NCBI GenBank assembly: GCA_049647065.1
Contig: JBARWY010000108.1
Span: forward strand, 495-64,494
Source of the DNA: Devosia sp.
GTDB lineage: Bacteria > Pseudomonadota > Alphaproteobacteria > Rhizobiales > Devosiaceae
Reading direction: 5' to 3'
DNA length: 64,000 nucleotides
Shown here in pieces: positions 59,281 to 64,000 of the stretch. Numbering within the stretch: the first letter of the stretch is position 1; every line of letters starts with the position of its first letter. The position numbers were made by a program, and so were the translations under genes. The notes below the pieces were generated by a model. That model had not been told where the DNA came from. It searched no databases and was given only the letters and a program-made list of their open reading frames with translations.

Positions 59281-59311
59281 AAACAAAGACAGCCCCATCG
59301 AGGGGGCTGTC
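59281..59311 (-). terminator. rho-independent terminator after doxX
   Basis: GACAGCCCC...GGGGCTGTC stem followed by TTTGTTT on the minus strand. Confidence 0.75.
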
Positions 59312-59343
59312 AATTCACTTGCGCATATGGATCGCTCGAACGC

Positions 59344-59766
59344 TCAGCGGGCGGCTATCGGCGCCTTGCGCTCGCGGCCCCACAGGACGAACAGCGACAG
59401 CGCCAGTAGAACCACATTGAGCGGCAGCACGGCGAATTCGCCACGCGAAGCGTGCAGCAGGATGGCCAGCACCTGAATGATAGAGAGACCAAGGGCCGCC
59501 AGCGGCGTCAGTCGCGGCATGATGCGGATCAATGCCGGCAGGACGATGCCGACGGCGCCCAGCAGTTCGGCGACGCCGATGAAGCGGGTGAGCCATTCGG
59601 GAACAAACAGCACGAAACCCATGCTCATGGCGGCGAGCGCCTCGATGGGCTGGCTGACCTTGTTGAAGCCGGCGTAAAAATAGAAGGCGGCGAGGAGCGC
59701 CTGGGCCACCCAGAGCCCGATATTCCACCCGCTGCGGCCGGTGGTTCCGTTGGTCACGTCAGTCAT
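59344..59766 (-). CDS. DoxX family membrane protein
   Basis: LWVAQALLA, AG..K, IGVAELLGAVG..LP, H..RGE. Confidence 0.9.
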   Translation of the reverse strand: MTDVTNGTTGRSGWNIGLWVAQALLAAFYFYAGFNKVSQPIEALAAMSMGFVLFVPEWLTRFIGVAELLGAVGIVLPALIRIMPRLTPLAALGLSIIQVLAILLHASRGEFAVLPLNVVLLALSLFVLWGRERKAPIAAR

Positions 59767-59864
59767 GCATTTCCCCCAATTGCTCTATGCGACAATTGTA
59801 CCCTAGGCACAGAAGAGAACCACATCTATATTTGTGCCTGAGTTACGCACAAGAAGGCACAGCA

Positions 59865-60281
59865 ATGTCACTGCACGACACGTCCAAATCGGCCAACTGC
59901 ACCGCGATGTCCGACGTCCTCAATCGCATCGGCGACAAGTGGAGCGTCATGGTAGTGGGCATGCTGGGCCGTAACGGCACGCTGCGCTTCAACGAGCTCA
60001 AGCGCATGATCAATGGCGTTTCCCAGCGCATGCTGACGCTGACGCTGCGCAATCTCGAGCGCGATGGCCTGGTTACCCGCACCATCTATCCCGAAGTGCC
60101 GCCGCGGGTGGAATATGGCCTGACCGAAATGGGCAAGACGCTCGACGGCCCGATCAGCAAGCTGTGGGACTGGTCCGCCGAGCACCACACGGCCATAATC
60201 GATGCCCGCGCTGTCTACGATTCTCGCGAGACCACGGTGACGGCCGCGCAGCCGCGCAAGGTCGCCTACGCCCGCGGCTGA
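59865..60281 (+). CDS. HxlR family winged-helix regulator
   Basis: C...DVL..IGDKWS, RFNELKR, SQRMLT.TLRNLERDGLV.R, PPRVEY.LT. Confidence 0.94.
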   Translation: MSLHDTSKSANCTAMSDVLNRIGDKWSVMVVGMLGRNGTLRFNELKRMINGVSQRMLTLTLRNLERDGLVTRTIYPEVPPRVEYGLTEMGKTLDGPISKLWDWSAEHHTAIIDARAVYDSRETTVTAAQPRKVAYARG

Positions 60282-60284
60282 TCG

Positions 60285-61061
60285 ATGCCCGCGACTCGGC
60301 CCGAGCTGGCCCGGCAACTGGCGGCGCTCGGGCTCGACGCCGGGGATGCGCTGCTGGCGCATGTCGGATTGCGCTCGGTTGGTGCTGTCGTCGGAGGGCC
60401 TGATGCGCTGATTGGCGCGCTGCGCGATGCCGTGGGCCCGGATGGGACCATCCTCGCCTATTGCGACTGGCAACTCGACGAAGCGCATGCCGACCCGGCG
60501 CTGCGTGAGCATGTTCCGGCCTTCGATCCTGCCAGTTCGCGATCCATCCGCCACAATGGCACCTTTCCCGAGCTGCTGCGCACCACGCCCGGCGCTCGGC
60601 GCAGCGCCAGTCCGGGCGCATCCTGTGCGGCGCTCGGCGGACGGGCAGAATGGTTCGTTGCCGATCACGCGCTCGACTATGGCTATGGGCCGCAATCGCC
60701 CTTCGGCAAGCTGGTCGCGGCGGGTGGCAAGACACTGTTGGTCGGCGCGCCCCTCGAGACGATGACGCTGCTGCATCATGCCGAGCACCTCGCCGACATT
60801 CCCGATAAGCGACTGTTGCGCTACGAGGCACCGATCCTGGTCGATGGGCAGAAAGTGTGGCGGCAGTTCGAGGAGTTCGACACCGGCGACCCGGTGGTCG
60901 AGGGCTTGGCTGGTGACTATTTCGAAGAGGTAGTGGAGGATTTCCTCGCGACCGGGCAGGGTCGTCGCGGGCTGGTGGGAAATGCCGCCTCGGTGCTGGT
61001 CGAGGCGCGCCCTGTCGTGGACTTCGCGGTGGCCTGGCTCGAGCGCCGTTTCGCCTCCTGA
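60285..61061 (+). CDS. aac(3): aminoglycoside N3-acetyltransferase family (Antibiotic_NAT)
   Basis: LLAH..LRSVG.VVGG, GPDGTI, FDP, RS..P..S..ALG, YGYG.QSP, TLLHHAEHLA. Confidence 0.88.
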   Translation: MPATRPELARQLAALGLDAGDALLAHVGLRSVGAVVGGPDALIGALRDAVGPDGTILAYCDWQLDEAHADPALREHVPAFDPASSRSIRHNGTFPELLRTTPGARRSASPGASCAALGGRAEWFVADHALDYGYGPQSPFGKLVAAGGKTLLVGAPLETMTLLHHAEHLADIPDKRLLRYEAPILVDGQKVWRQFEEFDTGDPVVEGLAGDYFEEVVEDFLATGQGRRGLVGNAASVLVEARPVVDFAVAWLERRFAS

Positions 61062-61073
61062 CGCAGCCTGTCA
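61059..61073 (+). promoter_or_regulatory. candidate operator TGAC-N6-TGTC
   Basis: TGACGCAGCCTGTCA upstream of the VOC gene. Confidence 0.4.
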
Positions 61074-61116
61074 CCAGCCTCGTGCATTACTGTTCTCGTA
61101 AACGAGGAGAACAGCG

Positions 61117-61554
61117 ATGAGCGATGAAACTATCCCCGTTCCGGCGCCTCTGCGCGGCCTGACTACGGTGGTCTTTCCGGTGAAGGATTTCGAGCGTGCC
61201 AAAGCCTGGTACGCCGACGTGCTGGGCGTGGCCCCCTATATGGACACGCCCGCCTATGCCGAATTCCGCATCGGCGACTATCAGCACGAATTCGGCCTGC
61301 TCAATGTCGAAATGGCCGGCGATTTCGCCAATCCTCCAGGCGGGGCCGCAGCCGGCGCCATCGTCTACTGGCACGTCGATGACGTCGACGGTACGCTCGA
61401 AATGCTCACGTCCAAGGGGGCCAGGCGCTATCAGGAGCCGCGTGATTTTGGCGAGGGCTTTATCGGCGCGTCGGTGACCGACCCCTTCGGCCACATCCTC
61501 GCGGTCATGAATAATCCGCATTACCTCAAGGTGCACAAGGCGCGCGCTGCCTGA
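61117..61554 (+). CDS. VOC/glyoxalase family protein
   Basis: AKAWY..VLG, EFRIGDYQHE, YWHVDDV, DPFG. GAGGAG RBS. Confidence 0.9.
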   Translation: MSDETIPVPAPLRGLTTVVFPVKDFERAKAWYADVLGVAPYMDTPAYAEFRIGDYQHEFGLLNVEMAGDFANPPGGAAAGAIVYWHVDDVDGTLEMLTSKGARRYQEPRDFGEGFIGASVTDPFGHILAVMNNPHYLKVHKARAA

Positions 61555-61602
61555 CCGGATTTCCGGCCGGCGCCCCCATGCAAGACCTCCCAGCCGGCAC
61601 GG

Positions 61603-61634
61603 AAAAGGCGGGTCCGGTTTCCCGGGCCCGCCTT
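61603..61634 (-). terminator. rho-independent terminator after the MATE gene
   Basis: AAGGCGGG...CCCGCCTT stem with a T-run on the minus strand. Confidence 0.7.
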
Positions 61635-61641
61635 CGGGTTG

Positions 61642-63000
61642 CTAGATCAGCGCCACGATCTGCTTCTTCTTCCAGACGAACTGGTACCAGCTCGCCTGCA
61701 GCACCAGCATCATGGTGAAGCTGGCGGCATAGGCGATCCAGATGCCGGTGAGGCCGAGGCTGGTCTGGCTGAGCAGGATCGCACCTGGCAGCTCGATGAA
61801 GAGGATGCAAGCGAGCGACAGCAGCATCGGTGCGTAGACCGTGCCGCTGGCGCGCATGATGCCCGAGAACACCACGCTCCAGCCGAAGCAGAGGATGCTC
61901 CACAGCACGACATGCAGCAGTGTCTCGGTCAGCTCGATCACCTTGGGATCGGTAATGAACAGAGCCACCAGATGCTGGCTGAAGAGGTAGGCGAGCAGGA
62001 TCAGTCCGCCGGTGATGATCAGGTTCAGCACCAGGGCGGTTCGGGTGATGGGCCCGAGCTGGTGCAACTGACGCGCGCCGATGGCCTGTGCCGCGAAGAT
62101 CGACGCGGCGATGCCGATCGACATGGCCGGGAACTGCACATAGCTCATCACCTGTCCAAGCGCGCCATAGGCGGCCGTGGCGTCCGAGCCGAAACGATTG
62201 ACCAGCCCGACCACAACGATGCCGGCGATGGACGAAATCACCATTTGCAGGCCCGCGGGCACCCCGAGCTTGAGCACCAGCCCGAGCAGCTGGAAATCCG
62301 GCTTGAGGATGGCCCCGAGCAGCACCCTGTCGGGTGCCAGCGGCATGTTGCGGGCACGCATGTAGACGAAGAGGAAGATCAGCACAGTCATGAAGCCGGA
62401 GATCATCGCCACGGCGGCGGCATTGACGCCGAGCTGTGGCAATCCGAACCAGCCGAGGATCAACGCCGGGGTCACCAGCAGGCTTACCACCATGGACATG
62501 ATCAGCGAGAACAGCGGCGTGATCGTATCGCCTACGCCGCGCAGCACCGAGGTGACCACGAGGAAGAGGAAGAAACCGGGCATGCCGATCAGCACGATGC
62601 GGGCATAGCCCACTGCGAGATGGCGGATATTCTCGGGTGCTCCGAGCACCGTCATGATCTGCTCAGTCCAGACGCCGCCGACCACGGCAACGATGATGCC
62701 GAGGACCAGGGTAGCGGCAAGGGTTGTGCCGGTGACCTGCTTGACCTTGTCTATGTTGCGGGCTCCCCAGGCCTGACCGATCAGGATGGTCGAACCGGCG
62801 GAGAGGCCGATGATAAAGCTCATCAGGAAGAACATGATGGGGAAGAAGGTGGCGGTGGCGGCCAGTGCCTCTACGCCGATCAGCTGGCCGATATAGATGG
62901 AATTGACCGTGCCCGACATCGCCTGGAGGATGTTGGACGCCATCAGCGGCACGAGAAACACGGCGAACCGCTGCCAGAGCGGCCTGGATTGGGGGTTCAT
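61642..63000 (-). CDS. MATE family efflux transporter
   Basis: About 12 TMs, IGQAWGA, LRGVGDT.TP, NRFGS..TAAY, AQAIGA. AGGAG RBS. Confidence 0.92.
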   Translation of the reverse strand: MNPQSRPLWQRFAVFLVPLMASNILQAMSGTVNSIYIGQLIGVEALAATATFFPIMFFLMSFIIGLSAGSTILIGQAWGARNIDKVKQVTGTTLAATLVLGIIVAVVGGVWTEQIMTVLGAPENIRHLAVGYARIVLIGMPGFFLFLVVTSVLRGVGDTITPLFSLIMSMVVSLLVTPALILGWFGLPQLGVNAAAVAMISGFMTVLIFLFVYMRARNMPLAPDRVLLGAILKPDFQLLGLVLKLGVPAGLQMVISSIAGIVVVGLVNRFGSDATAAYGALGQVMSYVQFPAMSIGIAASIFAAQAIGARQLHQLGPITRTALVLNLIITGGLILLAYLFSQHLVALFITDPKVIELTETLLHVVLWSILCFGWSVVFSGIMRASGTVYAPMLLSLACILFIELPGAILLSQTSLGLTGIWIAYAASFTMMLVLQASWYQFVWKKKQIVALI

Positions 63001-63188
63001 CTGAACACTCCTGATAACCTCGACAAATTGCGTCACGTCGCTGGCCCCGAAGGCAGCGGAGGCTCTGAGCAAAGTTCAGGCCGCTGCAGGGACCGATTCA
63101 CATCCCGAAGGGGATGCAGGCTGGACGGGCGCGGGAGGCGTGGAAATGACTCGGCGGCGTGTGTACGCCGCAGGTGGGGGTGCGTCAA
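63001..63188 (-). promoter_or_regulatory. sigma70-like promoter (TTGACG-17-TACACA) and about 150-nt structured 5' leader
   Basis: -35 at 63183-63188, -10 at 63160-63165. Hairpins at 63100-63117, 63061-63082 and 63039-63058. Confidence 0.55.
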
Positions 63189-63283
63189 TGTGGCCTATCA
63201 CGGGATACCCTGCCTGTTGCAGCAGCGCTTCAGTCCGCTCGGTAAGGAGGGGAGGGCCATATGCACGGTAGGTGTGTTCGCCG

Positions 63284-63312
63284 CCACCTTGATCCCTCCC
63301 CGCGAGGGGGCG
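63284..63312. repeat. degenerate REP-like element
   Basis: CCACCTTGATCCCTCCCCGCGAGGGGGCG, with a complementary G-rich tract at 63246-63256. Confidence 0.45.
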
Positions 63313-63419
63313 TGCGACTGCGGTGCATCAGCCCTGCGAATGGCCGCCATCACCACTTGTCATTGCCTGTTGCAGTTTTCCCGGTGCGCGACGCGCCGTC
63401 GGCAGCTACAACCTCCAAC

Positions 63420-64000
63420 ATGTCCACCCTCGCCGCCCCCACCCGTTTTTCCAACCAGTTCTATGCTGGCGCCCGCGCCTGCATTCCGGTCTGCATTTCG
63501 GTGGCCGCCTATGGGCTGGTCTGGGGTGTGCTGGCGCGTGGGGCAGGCCTCAGCCTGCTCGAAGTTGCCATGATGAGCGGCCTCGTCTTTGCCGGCTCGG
63601 CGCAGTTCGTTGCACTGGATCTCTGGACCGCCACGCCGGCAACGCTGCCGGTCGGCCCGTTGGTCATCGCCGCGCTGATCGTCAACCTGCGCTACCTGCT
63701 GCTCACCGCCACCTTGCGACCGCTCTATCCGGACAAGGGCCTGTGGCGCGGTGCGCTCAGCATGTATCTGGTGACGGACGAGAACTGGGCGATGACCGTA
63801 GGCGCCATGGCGCGTGGCGGCGGCAGCGTGGCTTTCCTGCTGGGCGGGGGCGCGCTCGCCTGGATTTCCTGGATGAGCACCAATCTCATCGGTTACGGCC
63901 TTGGCTCGGCGATAGACGATCCGGCGCGCTGGGGGCTCGATTTCGCCTTCACGGCCACGTTTCTCGCCCTGCTCTTGGGTATGTGGAAAGGCCGGAGCGA
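63420..64000 (+). CDS. azlC: AzlC family branched-chain amino acid exporter, truncated by the window end
   Basis: Manual translation: YGLVWG, MSGLVFAGSAQF, VNLRYLL, LVTDENW, GLDFA. Confidence 0.9.
   Translation, partial: MSTLAAPTRFSNQFYAGARACIPVCISVAAYGLVWGVLARGAGLSLLEVAMMSGLVFAGSAQFVALDLWTATPATLPVGPLVIAALIVNLRYLLLTATLRPLYPDKGLWRGALSMYLVTDENWAMTVGAMARGGGSVAFLLGGGALAWISWMSTNLIGYGLGSAIDDPARWGLDFAFTATFLALLLGMWKGRS

Noticed and set aside
63261..63419. 53-codon in-frame N-terminal extension of azlC behind an AAGGAGG tract
   Set aside because: It is rich in atypical codons (AGG, CGA, TCA, ACA) and the G-tract belongs to the REP-like element. TACAAC 7 nt before the ATG at 63420 instead suggests a leaderless start.
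1..64000. tRNA, rRNA, CRISPR array, IS/transposase, prophage, retron or toxin-antitoxin systems
   Set aside because: All intergenic gaps are short (at most about 420 bp) and were read by eye. I saw no cloverleaf, repeat-spacer array or diagnostic protein motifs, but a covariance-model scan was not possible.

Overview
High-GC chromosomal backbone of an alphaproteobacterium. Gene content, order and regulatory motifs point to Hyphomicrobiales/Rhizobiales, possibly Devosia-like (inference, not a database result). About 74 CDS. Core genes include pyc, ispG, ispA, mtgA, hisC, tyrC, gloB, fumC, rpmF, plsC, ftsEX, a zitP-like gene, a cpdR-like gene, lysA, argH, tlpA, gluQ and dsbB. They are interspersed with small accessory detoxification/resistance modules: TetR-SDR, TetR-VOC-hydrolase-MFS, LysR-epimerase, HxlR-DoxX-AAC(3), MATE and an AlkZ-like glycosylase. 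I found no rRNA, tRNA, CRISPR array, transposase, integrase or phage gene, and no large self-contained novel system. The best leads are non-coding. (1) A LexA box overlaps the -10 of a small gene with a GIY-YIG-like motif. (2) A sigma54 promoter plus CtrA-like sites precede an uncharacterised 83-aa gene. (3) A perfect CtrA box lies between a pair of YjfB-like small genes and a diguanylate cyclase. (4) A hydrolase gene has two in-frame starts (exported vs cytoplasmic forms). (5) A multi-hairpin 150-nt leader precedes a MATE pump. (6) A shared TGAC-N6-TGTC operator-like motif precedes two stress genes. All product calls come from recognising motifs by eye, and start codons were chosen by RBS and family length.
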